A DNA stretch of 64,000 nucleotides, taken from NCBI GenBank assembly GCA_000092065.1, contig CP000590.1. One strand, given 5' to 3'. Below the pieces are notes generated by a model. The model saw nothing but the letters and a program-made list of their open reading frames with translations. It had not been told where the DNA came from and did no database searches. The number at the start of each line of letters is the position of its first letter. Positions within the stretch are counted from its first letter, which is position 1. This document shows positions 30,601 through 42,101 of this stretch, piece by piece. The stretch comes from Ostreococcus lucimarinus (taxonomy: Eukaryota). Both the position numbers and the translations under genes were made by a program.

Positions 30601-30761
30601 GCGCGCGCGCCGTGGGCGTACGCGCGACCGTTCGCGAGCGCTCGAGCGCCCGCGGGCGCGCCGATCGCGCTCGTGACGGACGGCGACGCGGCGACGGGCG
30701 CCGATCCCCCCTGGAGGCGCGCGATGCGCGTCAACGCATCGCTCGCGCGACGACGAAACAT
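27612..30761 (-). CDS. GLDC: Glycine dehydrogenase (decarboxylating), glycine cleavage system P-protein
   Basis: Full-length P-protein homology, including the PLP-lysine region. Start chosen at the Met at 30761. The ORF extends to 31025 and may carry a mitochondrial presequence. Confidence 0.95.
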   Translation of the reverse strand: MFRRRASDALTRIARLQGGSAPVAASPSVTSAIGAPAGARALANGRAYAHGARAAIARRSAGVAATTARARGGMTSLIASGARAVSTEALKPLDTFERRHNSGTTQEVAEMCAVIGFKDIDALIDATVPENIRLKKTMDMGEYTQPLTESEFLTMMKNMASKNKVFKNYIGTGYHGTHVPTVILRNILENPGWYTQYTPYQAEASQGRLESLLNFQTMITDLTGMPLSNSSLLDEGTAAAEAMTMCSALNRGKKPKFYVSNKCHPQTIAVVQTRAEGLGLEAVVGDENSFDYTAKDVCGVLVQYPATDGSIIDYKPIVSQAQANGIRVVAAADLLSLTMLQPPGEWGADIVIGSSQRFGVPMGYGGPHAAFLATTHDCKRLMPGRIIGESIDAEGKPALRMAMQTREQHIRRDKATSNICTAQALLANIAAMYGVYHGPEGLKQIAKRSHDFAAVFAAGAEKLGFKNTTPEFFDTVTLKCPSGADAIVKACASAGINIRKMDADHVSLAFDETTEIADVDALFKVFAGGAAAPTVAQVAPSVNTTMPMARKSEFMTHPVFNQYHSEHEMVRYLKRLEEKDLSLVHSMIALGSCTMKLNATTEMIPITWPELANIHPFAPKDQTLGYQEMFRGLEKQLCEITGFDAMSLQPNSGASGEYAGLMGIRAYHQSRGDHHRDVCIIPVSAHGTNPASAAMCGMKIVVIGTDAKGNINVAELKAAAEKHSANLAALMVTYPSTHGVYEEDIKEICEVIHQHGGQVYMDGANMNAQVGLTSPGFIGADVCHLNLHKTFCIPHGGGGPGMGPIGVKAHLAPFMPDHPSMKDGAVAVGGDKPFGVVAAAPYGSALILPISFSYIAMMGSEGLANASKRAILNANYMSKRLEDYYPVLFSGKNDTCAHEFILDMRPIKDATGVEVADIAKRLMDYGFHSPTMSWPVAGTLMIEPTESESKAELDRFCDALIAIRGEIRDIEDGKVDRENNVLKNAPHTAEVVTAKEWNRPYPRDLGAFPVEWTRSHKFWPQTSRIDDVYGDRNLVASRAAVEVAVAQTA

Positions 30762-31041
30762 CGCGCGCGGGCGGTCTTGAGCGCGCGAGAGCGCGGGCGA
30801 AGCGGTCGGCGCGTGCGAGGCGCTCGAGCGTGCGTCGCGGCGACGGGCGCGCGCGAATGCCGCGCGACGCGCGTCGCGACGAGTGGATAATCTTTTTCCA
30901 GGGGTGACTCGAGGGGTGACTCGCGACGGTTCGTGACTCAAGAAAGCGATCCGATCCCCGACGGTTGGCGACCGGGTCTGGACGCGTTTTGGCGCTGCTC
31001 CGCGTTTCGGCGCCGTTCTAATCAAAAGAGGCTAAAGCGCG

Positions 31042-32793
31042 TCACGCGACGTCGATCGGAACGCCGTCGAGCTTGGCTTGTAAGATGCGATCGACGAGAG
31101 ATGGATTGGCGCGACCGCCGCTGGCCTTGAGACACGCGCCGACGAAGAAACCCTTGAGCTTGGTTTTGCCGGCGCGATACTGCTCGAGCTGCCCGGCGTT
31201 GGCTTCGAGGACGCCGTCAACCAAGGCTTCGATCTCGCGCGGGTCGGAAACTTGGGACAAGCCGCGGTCGGCGACGAGTTTTTTCGCGCTTCCGCCTTTT
31301 TCTAAGAGCTCGGGGAGGAGATCTTTGCCGATTTTACCGCTGATTTCTCCGGCGTCGATCATGGCGCAAAACTCGCCGAGCGCCTCGGGCGAGAGCGGGA
31401 GCTGGGAAACATTTTCCATCTTTGAGTTCTTCAGGTGGGCCATGATGTCTCCCGTGAGCCAGTTGGCGACTTGTTTCGCCGATGGTTTCGCGCTCGAGCT
31501 CAGCGCGGCGTCGAAATACGTCACGAGCTCTTTGTCCTCGACGAGCACTTGCACGTCGGCGGGCGGCAAGCCGAGCGCGGCGTATCGCGCGCGAACCATC
31601 GACGGCAGCTCGGGCATGGACGCCACGACGTTCGAGATGAACTCTTCCGATAGCCTCAGCTTGGGGATGTCCGGTTCTGGGAAGTAGCGATAATCCGCCA
31701 AGCCTTCCTTCTTGCGCATGGCGACGGTTTTCTGCGCGGCCTCGTCCCACGTGCGCGTCTCTTGCACGATTTCATCGCCTCGCCCTGATCGAATGAGCTC
31801 CTCTTGGCGCGCGATCTCGTAGTCGATCGCGCGCGCCATCGCGTTGAACGAGTTCATGTTCTTCACCTCGACTTTGGTGCCGAATCGCTCGCGACCCACC
31901 GGTCGGATGCTCACGTTGACGTCGTTTCGCATTGACCCTCGGGACATGTCCCCGTCGCACGCATCCAAAAACCGCACTATTCGTCGCAATTCCGAACCGT
32001 ACGCCGCGACCTCGCGTCCTGTGCGCAAATCGGGCTCGGTGACGATCTCCAGCAGCGCCACGCCCGCTCGATTAAAGTCGGCGTACGAGTACTTTTTCCC
32101 ATCCTCGCCCTTCGCGTGCGTCAATTTTCCCGCATCTTCCTCCAAGTGCGCGCGCGTGATCCCCACCCGCTTCACCTCTCCGCCGTCTTCCACTGGTAAA
32201 ACCACGTCGATGGATCCGTCGTAACACAGCGGCTCGTCAAACTGCGAAATCTGATACCCTTTCGGCAAATCCGGGTAAAAGTACTGCTTACGATCGAACT
32301 TGCTCGTCCTTCGTATCTTCGCCCCGAGCGCGGTCCCGATCGCGATCCCCTTCTTCACCACCGCCGAGTTCAGCACCGGAAGCGTCCCCGGATGTCCCAT
32401 GCACGTCGGACACACCCTCGTGTTCGGTTCCGCGCCGTACTCGTACGCGCACCGACAAAACGCCTTCGTCCTCGAGTTCAGCTGCACGTGCGTCTCGATC
32501 CCGATCACCGCCTCGAACCTCGTCTCCGGCGTGATCTCGATGTCCGCCTTTCCCTCGTCGTTCTCCACGCGCACGCTCGCCGCGCGCGCGCGTCGCGCGC
32601 CCTCGCGTCGCGCGCCCTCGCGCGTCCCCGTCCCCGGGCGTCGTCCTCGTCGTCGCGTCGTCGACGCGCTCGCCGCGCGCGATCGCGCCGCGCGCGACGC
32701 GACCGGGGACGCGACCGTCATCGACGTCGTTCCGCGCGCGCGCGCCGCCGTCGCGTCGCGCGCGTCGAGCTCTCGCGTCGCGCGCGCGCGCAA
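31042..32793 (-). CDS. gatB: Glutamyl-tRNA(Gln)/aspartyl-tRNA(Asn) amidotransferase subunit B
   Basis: The GatB catalytic and tail domains are conserved (GIETHVQL, GatB_Yqey C-terminus). The N-terminal Arg-rich stretch looks like an organellar presequence. Confidence 0.9.
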   Translation of the reverse strand: MRARATRELDARDATAARARGTTSMTVASPVASRAARSRAASASTTRRRGRRPGTGTREGARREGARRARAASVRVENDEGKADIEITPETRFEAVIGIETHVQLNSRTKAFCRCAYEYGAEPNTRVCPTCMGHPGTLPVLNSAVVKKGIAIGTALGAKIRRTSKFDRKQYFYPDLPKGYQISQFDEPLCYDGSIDVVLPVEDGGEVKRVGITRAHLEEDAGKLTHAKGEDGKKYSYADFNRAGVALLEIVTEPDLRTGREVAAYGSELRRIVRFLDACDGDMSRGSMRNDVNVSIRPVGRERFGTKVEVKNMNSFNAMARAIDYEIARQEELIRSGRGDEIVQETRTWDEAAQKTVAMRKKEGLADYRYFPEPDIPKLRLSEEFISNVVASMPELPSMVRARYAALGLPPADVQVLVEDKELVTYFDAALSSSAKPSAKQVANWLTGDIMAHLKNSKMENVSQLPLSPEALGEFCAMIDAGEISGKIGKDLLPELLEKGGSAKKLVADRGLSQVSDPREIEALVDGVLEANAGQLEQYRAGKTKLKGFFVGACLKASGGRANPSLVDRILQAKLDGVPIDVA

Positions 32794-33276
32794 ACCCTCT
32801 CGTCACTTTCTCGGCACTTTTGTATGGGCAAACAGTGAGACGGCAATGTCCCGGAGCCAATGCGTCGCGCGCGATGGCGCGGCGCCGCACACGCCGTCGC
32901 GCGATGGCGACGACGGCGCCGATGGCGCGCGCGATCCGCGGCGTCGCGCCGCGCGCGCGCGCGACGCGCGCGGCGTCGGCGACGCGCGCGACGACGACGA
33001 CGACGCGACGCGGCGGCGCGCGAGCGGTGCGTTTGAACGCGCGAGACGCTTCGAGGACGCGCGCGTCGACGACGCGCGCGGACGCGCGCGAGGGAGGAGG
33101 GAAAAAGACGCGCGAACGATCGACGCGCTCGAACGCGGACGCCGAGGACGGCGCGCGCGGACGCGGCGGCGCGGAAACGGCGATCGCGGACGACGCGCGA
33201 GGCGTTTGAACGCGCGGGACGGGACGCGTCGACGAAAAAGAGATCGCGGAGACTGACGACGCGCGGAATCGAACAG

Positions 33277-34380
33277 GTGCGGACGGTGGTGCGCGCCGCG
33301 GCGGGCGAAGACGTGTTCTCGCGAGGAAACTTCCGACCGGGAGCGACGTCGGGGGTGTTTAACGAGATGGCGAACTCGAGGTTCGGCGCGCGCGACGACG
33401 AGCACGAAGATCAAGGCGGTGAGGCGGTGCTGCGCCGTCGGTTGAAGGTGTTTTCGGGAACGGCGCACACGTCGCTGAGTGAGGAGATTGCGAATTATTT
33501 AGGGATAGAGCTCGGGAAGTCGACGATTAAGCGTTTCGCCGACGGGGAGATTTACGTTCAAATAAAAGAGTCGATTCGCGGTTGCGACGTCTTCATCGTC
33601 CAGCCCACGTGTCCGCCGACGAACGACAGCTTGATGGAGTTGTTGGTGATGATTGATGCGTGCAGACGCGCGTCTTGCCGATCGATCACGACTGTGATTC
33701 CGTACTTTGGTTACGCGCGCGCCGACCGAAGGACGTCTGGACGCGAATCCATCGCCGCTAAGCTCGTCGCCAACTTGCTCACCGAGGCGGGCGCGACGCG
33801 ATGCGTGTTGATGGATATTCACTCGTTGCAAACGATCGGGTACTACGACATTCCCGTCGATCACATTTACGGCGAGTCGGTCATCTTGGACTATCTCACG
33901 TCGAAGGACTTTCATCCAGACGACATCGTCATCGTCTCTCCGGATGTCGGTGGCGTCCCGCGCGCTCGCGCGTTCGCGAAAAAGCTCAACGATGCGCCGT
34001 TGGCCATCATCGATAAGCGACGCACCGGTCATAACAAGGCACAAGTGATGAACTTGATTGGCGAAGTCGATGGCAAAATCGCCGTGCTCCTCGACGACAT
34101 GATTGACACCGGAGGTACCTTGCTCGCGGGCGCCGAGCTGTTGCGCGAACGTGGCGCGCGTGAGGTCTACGCGTGCGCGACGCACGCGGTGTTTTCCCCA
34201 CCCGCTGTTGATCGACTTTCCAACAGTGCGTTCACCGAAGTCATCGTCACGAATTCCATTCCGCACACGCCGGAGCGCGATTTCCCGCAGCTCACGGTTT
34301 TGAGCGTCGGTAACCTTCTGGGAGAGACGATCTGGCGAGTACACAACGACTTTCGCGTTGGGAACTCTACCCTAAGCTAG
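33277..34380 (+). CDS. PRPS: Ribose-phosphate pyrophosphokinase (PRPP synthetase)
   Basis: The blocks KVFSGTAHTSLSEEIANYLGIELGK...FADGEIYVQIKESIRGCDVFIVQ and the PRPP-binding loop DDMIDTGGTL. Confidence 0.95.
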   Translation: MRTVVRAAAGEDVFSRGNFRPGATSGVFNEMANSRFGARDDEHEDQGGEAVLRRRLKVFSGTAHTSLSEEIANYLGIELGKSTIKRFADGEIYVQIKESIRGCDVFIVQPTCPPTNDSLMELLVMIDACRRASCRSITTVIPYFGYARADRRTSGRESIAAKLVANLLTEAGATRCVLMDIHSLQTIGYYDIPVDHIYGESVILDYLTSKDFHPDDIVIVSPDVGGVPRARAFAKKLNDAPLAIIDKRRTGHNKAQVMNLIGEVDGKIAVLLDDMIDTGGTLLAGAELLRERGAREVYACATHAVFSPPAVDRLSNSAFTEVIVTNSIPHTPERDFPQLTVLSVGNLLGETIWRVHNDFRVGNSTLS

Positions 34381-34393
34381 GCGGCGGGAGCTC

Positions 34394-34419
34394 GTCTGTT
34401 TTCTCCCGGGAAAACAGAC
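34394..34419. other. Near-perfect 26-nt palindrome / hairpin 14 nt downstream of PRPS stop codon
   Basis: GTCTGTTTTcTCCCGGGAAAACAGAC has 9-bp outer arms and a TCCC/GGGA core. Confidence 0.6.
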
Positions 34420-34694
34420 TCTGAACATCGTACGTCGACGTCCCTCTTGTTCAACACGACGCGCGCCGCGAGGACGTGGCCGTTTTGACCTTTGTTGACA
34501 AAAGTAAACATAGCATCAGCCGAGTACAGTTTTGTTTTGTAACGCAAATTGTTCTACTCAAAGTCTGCGGACCAAGGATTTATGGAAAGTCGTCCTCGAA
34601 CGACGTCTAATCGCGACGCCTTGATTTTTGTATGTAACGCACAAAGAAGACTTTTGTCCACCCGCGGCGCGACTTCACGCGGCGACGCGCGGGA

Positions 34695-35915
34695 ATGCCT
34701 CGCGTTCCCGACGCCGTGTCCTACGTCGGGCGAAACGTCAGCGACTGCGGGTACTGCGCGTCGCCCGACGCGTCCGTGAGCGACGGCGCCGTCGCGCACG
34801 GGCTGTCGACGAAGAGGTACGGCGAATTGATTGACGACGGCTGGAGACGCAGCGGAACGTGGATTTACAAGCCCGCGATCGACGTCTCGTGCTGCGCGCA
34901 GCACACGATTCGCGTCAGCGTGGACGCGTTCAGGCCGTCCAAAAAGCAGCGGCAGGTGCTGCGCAGATTGGACGCGTATCTGCGGCGCGAGAGAGATGAG
35001 GGAAGCGACGGCGGCGACGAGGACGGCGCGCGAGCGGCGCGAAAGTTGGAGATAACGACGGCGCGTTCGACGTTCGTGCGCGAGGAATTTGAATTGTGGA
35101 AAAGGTATCAAGCCGCCGTGCACGGAGACGAGGCGTCGGAACTCAAGGAAGCGAGTTTTAGAAGATTTTTAGTGGACTCGCCATTCGTCGAGGACGAGAC
35201 GCCGAACGAGACGTCTGCGCCGAGCATCGGACTCGGCGCGTTTCATCAGCAGTACAGGATCGATGGGAAGCTCGTCGCCGTGGGTGTGGTCGACATTTTG
35301 CCGAAAGGTTTGAGTTCGAAGTACTTTTTCTGGGACCCCGAGTACGCGAAGTTGAGTCTGGGCAAAGTCAGCGCGCTGAAAGAAATTGAGTTCGTCGCGG
35401 ACGAGCGACGTCGACGGCCAGAGGCGACGCGAGAGTTTGAGTTCTACTACATGGGGTATTACATTCACGATTGTCAAAAGATGAAATATAAAGCGGACTA
35501 CGCGCCGAGCGAGCTGCGGTGCTCGACGACGAATCGATGGGTTCCCGTCGACGACGCCGACGTTCAGAAGAAGCTCGACGCTCGCGAACACTGTCGGCTG
35601 AGCGACGAAGCAGCCTTGCCGCGCGAGTGTTGCGAACCATTGAAGTCCATGGTAGGTCTAGCGCTTCGCGGCCAGCTCGTGAGCGTTACCACGTTGGGTG
35701 ATTTGCCCGGTTTACTCGAAAGCATCGGCGTGAACTTGGGCTCCAGCCGCGGCGTGCGTCGATTCGCGGACGAGCAAGCCGAGTGGTGCGAGCGGAGCGG
35801 GCGAGCGGGGATGACCATCATGAATTTAGTCGACATTGAACGGAATTTACTCGCTTACGAAGATAGCGACGAAGTAGACGAGCATTCGGATGATGAACTA
35901 GCAGGTATAGCATAG
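34695..35915 (+). CDS. ATE1: Arginyl-tRNA--protein transferase
   Basis: An ATE_N Cys motif (CGYC...SCC) and an ATE_C block FEFYYMGYYIHDCQKMKYKADYAPSELRC. Confidence 0.9.
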   Translation: MPRVPDAVSYVGRNVSDCGYCASPDASVSDGAVAHGLSTKRYGELIDDGWRRSGTWIYKPAIDVSCCAQHTIRVSVDAFRPSKKQRQVLRRLDAYLRRERDEGSDGGDEDGARAARKLEITTARSTFVREEFELWKRYQAAVHGDEASELKEASFRRFLVDSPFVEDETPNETSAPSIGLGAFHQQYRIDGKLVAVGVVDILPKGLSSKYFFWDPEYAKLSLGKVSALKEIEFVADERRRRPEATREFEFYYMGYYIHDCQKMKYKADYAPSELRCSTTNRWVPVDDADVQKKLDAREHCRLSDEAALPRECCEPLKSMVGLALRGQLVSVTTLGDLPGLLESIGVNLGSSRGVRRFADEQAEWCERSGRAGMTIMNLVDIERNLLAYEDSDEVDEHSDDELAGIA

Positions 35916-35971
35916 CTTAGATGAAAGAATGAACCGCTTGATTTTACAACAAAGCTCGCCGCCCATTACTG

Positions 35972-38900
35972 TTAGACATTTTCGCTGTTGTCTCGCGCCG
36001 TCACCGTCGCCGTTCGTTTCGCCGCCGGGAGCGTGAACGGTATTTTCGCGGGAAACGATGTGTTCGCCATCGCCACCGGTTGTTTCGTCGTCATGGCGAC
36101 CGCGATTGCGGACTCGCGTTCTTCTTCGAGTCTTTCGAATTCGCCCACGCAGTGAATCTGTTTCAACTCCTCGCGATTGTTTCGCTCGCGCAAGATGCTC
36201 ATACCGTTGAAAATAACCAAAAGAGCTGTTCCAACGTCTACCGCGATCGCTTGCCACAAGCCCGTGTAGCCGAGGATGGAGAGAACGAGGACCACGAGCT
36301 TGGTAGTGACGGAGAAGATGACGTTTTGTCGAATCTTGCGCACACACTCGCGACCGAGCACGATGGTGTCCACCAGTAAACTCAGATCGTTTGTCATCAA
36401 CGCCACGTCGGCGGTTTCCATCGCCGCAGCCGTACCGGCGACGCCCATAGCGACGCCAACGTCCGCCGCAGTCAACGCTGGAGCGTCGTTGATTCCGTCG
36501 CCCACCATCGCCACCGTGCCTCGGCCGAAGAGCTTCAAGGCGATTTTGGACGACTTATTCTCTAACGCCTCGATCGCTTCGCCGATGATACGGAGTTTGT
36601 CTTGCGGTTTGAGTGAAGCACGTACGTGCGTTGGATTGACGCCTACTCGCGCTCGCAAGTACTCGGCCGACCCAGGATTGTCTCCAGTGATCATCTCCAC
36701 CTCTGCGCCTATTTTTCTCAAGTCATCCACCGCTTTCGCCGCCGTAGGGCGAACGACGTCATCACATCGAATGATGCCCGCGAGACGACCGTCGACCCCG
36801 ACCCATACCACGGTACCTCCTTCGCTTTCCCACGTATTCGCCATGTTCGTCAGCTCGACATCGTTCGCGTCCCACGCGTTCTCCAACGCGAGCTCGCCGT
36901 TGCCGACTTCGACGCGCCTGCCGTCGACGATAGCTTTCGCGCCTTGCCCGTCGATAGTTTCAAAGTCTTCTACGACACATTGTTCCGAAGCTACGCGGAC
37001 TGCCGCACCGGCGCCACGCAAGACAGCGTGCGCGAGCGGATGTGACGAACGCGATTCCAGGGCGCAAAGCCATCGAAGGAGGGCGCCGACGCCGAGCGCC
37101 GGACGTTGGTTCTCGTCGCCGTTTCTCGCCGGACGCACCAAACGCACCGCAGTGAGCGTGAAAGAACCGCGCGTGAGCGTGCCCGTTTTATCCATGAACA
37201 CGCGCTCGATGCGGCCGAGTCTTTCGAGGTGCGCAGAGCCCTTGACCAAGACGCCGCGTTGCGCGCACACCGTGAGTGCGCTCACGGCAACGACGGGAGT
37301 GCTCAATACGAGCGCACATGGACACGCGATGACAAGTAAGACGCACGCCAAATACGCCGGCTCGTTCCCTTTGACCCCAGAACTGTACTGTACGATCATG
37401 ACGAGCGCGGCGGCGATGATGACGACCGGCGTGTAGACCCTCGCGAATCTCTCAATGGCGAGCTCGCTCGAGCTCCGCGACGCTTGCGCTTCTTCGATGA
37501 GACGGACGAGCCGCGAGACTGCTGAATCCGCGGCGACGCACGAGACACGAATCTCTAAGATCCCACCTTGATTCAGTGTGCCGCCGTACACGACGTCACC
37601 GACACGTTTAGGCACGGGCATGGACTCGCCCGTGAGCGCGCTTTCGTCAATCGCGCTCGCGCCGGCGACGATTTCGCCGTCGAGTGGCACCTTCTCTCCA
37701 GGCTTGACGAGGACGACTTCACGCACTTTAACCTCTTCCACCGCCACGAGTGCCGTATCGCCTCGACGCCGCGCCGTTTCCGGTCGAAGCGCCAGCACTG
37801 CGCCTATCGCGCGCGACGTTTTCGCCATAGCGCGCGCCTCGAGCCATTCTGAGAGCGCAAAGAGCGCCACCACCGCGGCGGCTTCGCCGAAATCTTGAAG
37901 CGCACAAGCGCCGACGATGGCGATCCCCATCAGCGTGTTAATATCGACGATACCATTTCGTAAGCTCCCGAACGCTTTCAGGGCGATTTCGGGAATACCA
38001 ACCGCAACGGACGCCAGAGCGACGTAGCGTAAATGTCGCGCGTCTCCGCCCAAGTAGTGAAACAGCGACACGACGAAGAAGAAGCACGCCAACGTGATTC
38101 GAAACGGTGGCCTCGCGAACGCATCGCTCGATTGCGCGTCATCGCGAGCTGAGGTACCGTCGCTCGGACCTTTCGTATCGCTCACGTGCGCCTGCAAACG
38201 CACCGCGTTCAAAGCGTCCACGATGGTCTCCGCGCTCACCGCCGACGCCGCGTGCTCGACGAGCACCGTCTTCGTGGGCACGACGACTTTGACGTCTCGC
38301 ACGCCCTCCATCTTATCTAAAACCCTATGAATCAGCGGTACCTCACTCGGACAGCATATTCCGTTCACGAGCAAGCGCGTGTGCGTGCTCTGTTCCGTCC
38401 CGCCCTTTGATTCCAGCGCCCATCTCGCGACGACGGCGTCGGAATCGTCCGCGTCGTTCGCGCCCTCCCGCGTCGACGGAAACGGCTTGTAATCCCCCCC
38501 ATCCACCCCACCGCGTCGATGTCGCAACACCTTCACCCACCCGTGATCTTCCACGTGCGTCTTCGTCTTTAACGCGCACCCGTCGCCGCAACAGTCCGCG
38601 TTTGAAAAATGCACCAACCGCTCGCCCACGAGAAAATCGACGTGGTCGTCGTGCGGCACCGTCTCGCACTTCCTCGCCACCAACCGCGCCCGCGCCTCTT
38701 CCACGTCCGGCGGGCACCCGATCGCGCCGAACAGCTCCACCATCCTCTCGCGTTCCTCGCGCGCCGCGCCCTCCGCCTTCGCCCCGCGTCCCGTCGTCGT
38801 CGTCGTCGTCGTCGCGCTCGTCGCCCGCGCCGCCGCCCACGACCCATCCTCTCGCGCCACCACGAGCGCGCCCTCGATCAGGAACGCATCGAGAGGCGCG

Positions 38901-39148
38901 CTTCCGTCGCTCGCGCCGCTCGCCGCGCCGCCGTCGACGCGCTCGACGCTCGTCGCGCAAATCTTCGTCGGGTCCAGGCACAAGCCTTGCTCCGCGCACG
39001 GCGTCGTCTCGCCGCACCACGCGCATCGCGCGTCGCGAAACGCCGCGGCGACGCGCGCGGGCATCGACGCGCGCCGCGTCGCGACGCCGCGCGAGCTGGA
39101 CGCGCGAGCGCGACGGCGAGCGCGACGCGAACTGCGGTCGTCACTCAT
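35972..39148 (-). CDS. HMA: Heavy-metal P1B-type ATPase, Zn/Cd (HMA2/4-like)
   Basis: The CPC transmembrane motif (VIACPCALV), [15 protein letters not shown], and an HMA domain with GICCPSE that is typical of Zn/Cd pumps. The true start is probably an internal Met (about 39067). Confidence 0.9.
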   Translation of the reverse strand: MSDDRSSRRARRRARASSSRGVATRRASMPARVAAAFRDARCAWCGETTPCAEQGLCLDPTKICATSVERVDGGAASGASDGSAPLDAFLIEGALVVAREDGSWAAARATSATTTTTTTGRGAKAEGAAREERERMVELFGAIGCPPDVEEARARLVARKCETVPHDDHVDFLVGERLVHFSNADCCGDGCALKTKTHVEDHGWVKVLRHRRGGVDGGDYKPFPSTREGANDADDSDAVVARWALESKGGTEQSTHTRLLVNGICCPSEVPLIHRVLDKMEGVRDVKVVVPTKTVLVEHAASAVSAETIVDALNAVRLQAHVSDTKGPSDGTSARDDAQSSDAFARPPFRITLACFFFVVSLFHYLGGDARHLRYVALASVAVGIPEIALKAFGSLRNGIVDINTLMGIAIVGACALQDFGEAAAVVALFALSEWLEARAMAKTSRAIGAVLALRPETARRRGDTALVAVEEVKVREVVLVKPGEKVPLDGEIVAGASAIDESALTGESMPVPKRVGDVVYGGTLNQGGILEIRVSCVAADSAVSRLVRLIEEAQASRSSSELAIERFARVYTPVVIIAAALVMIVQYSSGVKGNEPAYLACVLLVIACPCALVLSTPVVAVSALTVCAQRGVLVKGSAHLERLGRIERVFMDKTGTLTRGSFTLTAVRLVRPARNGDENQRPALGVGALLRWLCALESRSSHPLAHAVLRGAGAAVRVASEQCVVEDFETIDGQGAKAIVDGRRVEVGNGELALENAWDANDVELTNMANTWESEGGTVVWVGVDGRLAGIIRCDDVVRPTAAKAVDDLRKIGAEVEMITGDNPGSAEYLRARVGVNPTHVRASLKPQDKLRIIGEAIEALENKSSKIALKLFGRGTVAMVGDGINDAPALTAADVGVAMGVAGTAAAMETADVALMTNDLSLLVDTIVLGRECVRKIRQNVIFSVTTKLVVLVLSILGYTGLWQAIAVDVGTALLVIFNGMSILRERNNREELKQIHCVGEFERLEEERESAIAVAMTTKQPVAMANTSFPAKIPFTLPAAKRTATVTARDNSENV

Positions 39149-39163
39149 CGACGCGCCGCGGCA

Positions 39164-40650
39164 TGGCGCCGGCGCGCGACGCGGCGACGGCGTCGACGAG
39201 CGCGGCCGACGGCGCGTTCGTCGCGTTTCTGTGCGCGCTCGCGCCGCGCGAGCTGGACGCGCTGTACGCGTCGTCGCCGTGGAGCGCGCTCGCGGTGCTG
39301 CGCGCGTGCGATTCGATCGCGAAACAAATCATCCTGCGCCTGGCGTACGTCGACGACGGCGCGGACGCGCGCGAGTGCGCGAAGTGGTGCGGCGACGGCG
39401 CGAGCGATGCGCGCGCGCTGGAGCGCGCGATGGCGCGGTTGGCGCGGTTGAGGGTGACGACGGCGCTGGGCGAGGGCGAAGACGCGCGCGTCGTCGCGAA
39501 CGAGGCGTTCGCGAATAATCTGCGACGCGCGCTCGAGCGAGGATTCGTGAATTTGGACGATGGCGACGGGGCAGACGCGCGGGAGGACGCGGGCGTGGCG
39601 GCCAAGGTGCCGGATCGAGCGACGCTGAACGCGTACGCGAAGGCGAAGTGGGAAGACTTGCTGCTCACGCTCACGGGGGCGTCGAACGCGTTCTCGAGGC
39701 CGGGGGCCAAGGTGAAGGGACGATTGGACGCGCAGGCGCTGTTTCGAGCCGCGGGGCTGACGACGGCGACGACGGCGGCGCTGAAGAAGGGCGGACAGAA
39801 GCGGTTGAAGAACGCGGGCGTCACCGCGGAGGGATTCGCGTTTTTGTTGCAGACGGCGCAAGAGCAAATATGGGTGCTGTTGACGCAGTACATACGCGAT
39901 TCGCAGAAGACGTCGGCGACGAGCGCGATCAGTTTCTTGCTCAGGCTGACGTTTCAGGAACCGGGGCGCGCGTACGCGATGACGGGGGTGCTGAGCGACA
40001 CGGAGCAAGACGTCGTGCTCGATTTGACGCATCTCGGGTTGCTGTACACGTTTGAGGTGAAGAAAAAGTTCTACTACGTCCCCACGCTCCTCGCCAGTGG
40101 CTTGTCCGGCGGATTCACCGGGGATGACGGCGATACCAAGGCGGCGGCGGCGGCGGCGGAAGGACACATCATAGTCGAGACGAATTATCGCGTGTACGCG
40201 TACACGTCCAGCGCCGTGGAGATGGAGATTTTGCGGCTGTTCACGCGCGCGGATTATCGCTTGCCCAACTTGTACGTCGGTATGTTGACGCGCGAGAGCG
40301 TGCAAAACGCACTTCGCGCGGGTGTGGACGCAGAACAGATCGTGGGGTACATTCGCGCGCACGCGCACAAGCAAGTTCGCCGAAAAAAGCCGAGTGTACC
40401 GAGCACGGTGTGCGACCAAATTCGTCTTTGGGCGCGCGACATGGAACGCATGGAAGCAGAGGAATGCGTGCTGTACTGCGATTTCCCGCAGGCCGGTACT
40501 TTTTACGGCGCCGTCGTGAGCGAGGCGGAAAAACGAGGCGCGCTGTTGTGGCGAGACGACGCGTCGAGGCGGTTGACTGTCCGCGCGTCGGCGCACGACG
40601 AGATGAAAGCCGTCGTCGGCGCGCTGAAGCAAAAGTTAGACGCGGTGTAA
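39164..40650 (+). CDS. TFB2: TFIIH core subunit p52 (Tfb2)
   Basis: The N-terminus [45 protein letters not shown] matches the p52 N-terminus. The gene is divergent from HMA. Confidence 0.8.
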
Positions 40651-40688
40651 AATCAATGAATAGTTTAGCAGCATATTATTCCATCACG

Positions 40689-41957
40689 TCACGGCGGGAT
40701 CGCGATGCGCGCTTGTAACGGAAGGTGGTCGCTCGGAAATCCAAACGTCGGCAATCCGACGTCGCTCGGGATTTCGCTCTCGTCCGGTAGCTTGGCCACG
40801 CTCACCACTTTGCTTCCTCGATGGGCCGAGTAGAGGATGTAATCGATCGTGTGTTTGACTTCTCCGGTCTTGAACAACCCGGTGCGCGTCTTCCACGTCG
40901 AAAATCTGTTTGAGTTTTTATCGCCGAGGGCCGCGCTCATGTCCTCGTACGCGTTGCGCATGCCGCGTCCGCGCAAGTGCACCACGCACGCCTCGTTGGG
41001 CGTCGCGTTCAAATCTCCGGCGATGATGATTTGGACTTTATCCACGTCCGCGCACAAACTCGTGGCGAACGCGTTCAAGTGTCGGCACAACTCTTTCGTT
41101 TGCTCCAGTCGAGTGATGATGCCGTCGACGGTTTTCGCCGACTCGAGATGGGTGGTGACGACGACGATTTCTTGGAGATCCTCTCCCGAGAACACGGGCT
41201 TGGCGTTGCCGCGAATGAGCGTACCGATCGCGTTGCGGATTCCAGACTCGCTTCGAGGATCCTTCTTCAACCGAAACCTCGCCATTAACGTCTTCCCGGC
41301 GTTGAGCGCCGGGTCGTCCTTGCGCGCGCGCGGCGTCCCCGGCGCGTGCGACGACAACAGCTCGAGTTTGTCAGTTTTGTAAAAGATGCACACGCCATCG
41401 CACGGCGCGCCGAATTTACGACAAGGCGACCACTGATCTTCCTTGTACAACCCCGCGTACCCGAGTTTCTTCAGCTCGGGCTCGAAGAAATCGTAGTAGT
41501 GATCGCACTCTTGCATGCAAATGACGTCCGGCGCCGTCGTCGAATCATTCGACGTGATCGCTCGAAGCAAATCCTTCGACCGTTTCGTCCAATTCAAATC
41601 ATACATTTCCTCGTTCGCCTCGGCGTCGTCCTCGCCGTAGTACGCGCTCGCGAACGCGTCGTTCAGCGCCAACGCGTCGGCGAGCGCGTTGTACTGGCAC
41701 ACCTGAATCGTCCTCGCGCCCGACGTCGACGTCGTCATCGACGCGTCGTCCCGGTTCGGGTCGTACACGTACCTCGACGCGTCGTCGTCCGTTTCGCTCG
41801 ACGCCTCGCGCGCGCGCCGTCGCGCGTCGTCGTCGTCGTCACCGGTCTTTTCGTCGTCACCGGTCGTCGCGGGCGCGTCGACGCGCGTCGCGCGCGCGTC
41901 GTCGGCGTCGTCGCGCGCGCCGTTCGCGGCGGCGCCGTTCGCGGTCTCGGCGAACAT
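40689..41957 (-). CDS. CCR4/nocturnin-like endonuclease-exonuclease-phosphatase family deadenylase
   Basis: EEP motifs (IQVCQYNALAD...CMQECDHYY...GDLNATPNEA...SDHLPL). Start chosen at the Met at 41957. The ORF caller's upstream extension runs through a tRNA gene. Confidence 0.8.
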   Translation of the reverse strand: MFAETANGAAANGARDDADDARATRVDAPATTGDDEKTGDDDDDARRRAREASSETDDDASRYVYDPNRDDASMTTSTSGARTIQVCQYNALADALALNDAFASAYYGEDDAEANEEMYDLNWTKRSKDLLRAITSNDSTTAPDVICMQECDHYYDFFEPELKKLGYAGLYKEDQWSPCRKFGAPCDGVCIFYKTDKLELLSSHAPGTPRARKDDPALNAGKTLMARFRLKKDPRSESGIRNAIGTLIRGNAKPVFSGEDLQEIVVVTTHLESAKTVDGIITRLEQTKELCRHLNAFATSLCADVDKVQIIIAGDLNATPNEACVVHLRGRGMRNAYEDMSAALGDKNSNRFSTWKTRTGLFKTGEVKHTIDYILYSAHRGSKVVSVAKLPDESEIPSDVGLPTFGFPSDHLPLQARIAIPP

Positions 41958-42101
41958 CGCGCGCGTCGACGCGAACTCGCGATCGGCGCGACGCGCGGCG
42001 CGGTGTGGCGCGCGCACGGATCGGCGATTCGGCGATTCGACGCGCGCGAACGATGGGCGACAGGCGCGGGCAAAAAGAGCGCGACACGACAAAAAGAAAC
42101 G

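Noticed and set aside
32794-33276. ORFs 32300-33256 (+) and 32803-33468 (-) in the GatB/PRPS spacer
   Set aside because: Their translations are Arg/Ala homopolymer-like. The region is better explained as a bidirectional promoter between two well-supported divergent genes.
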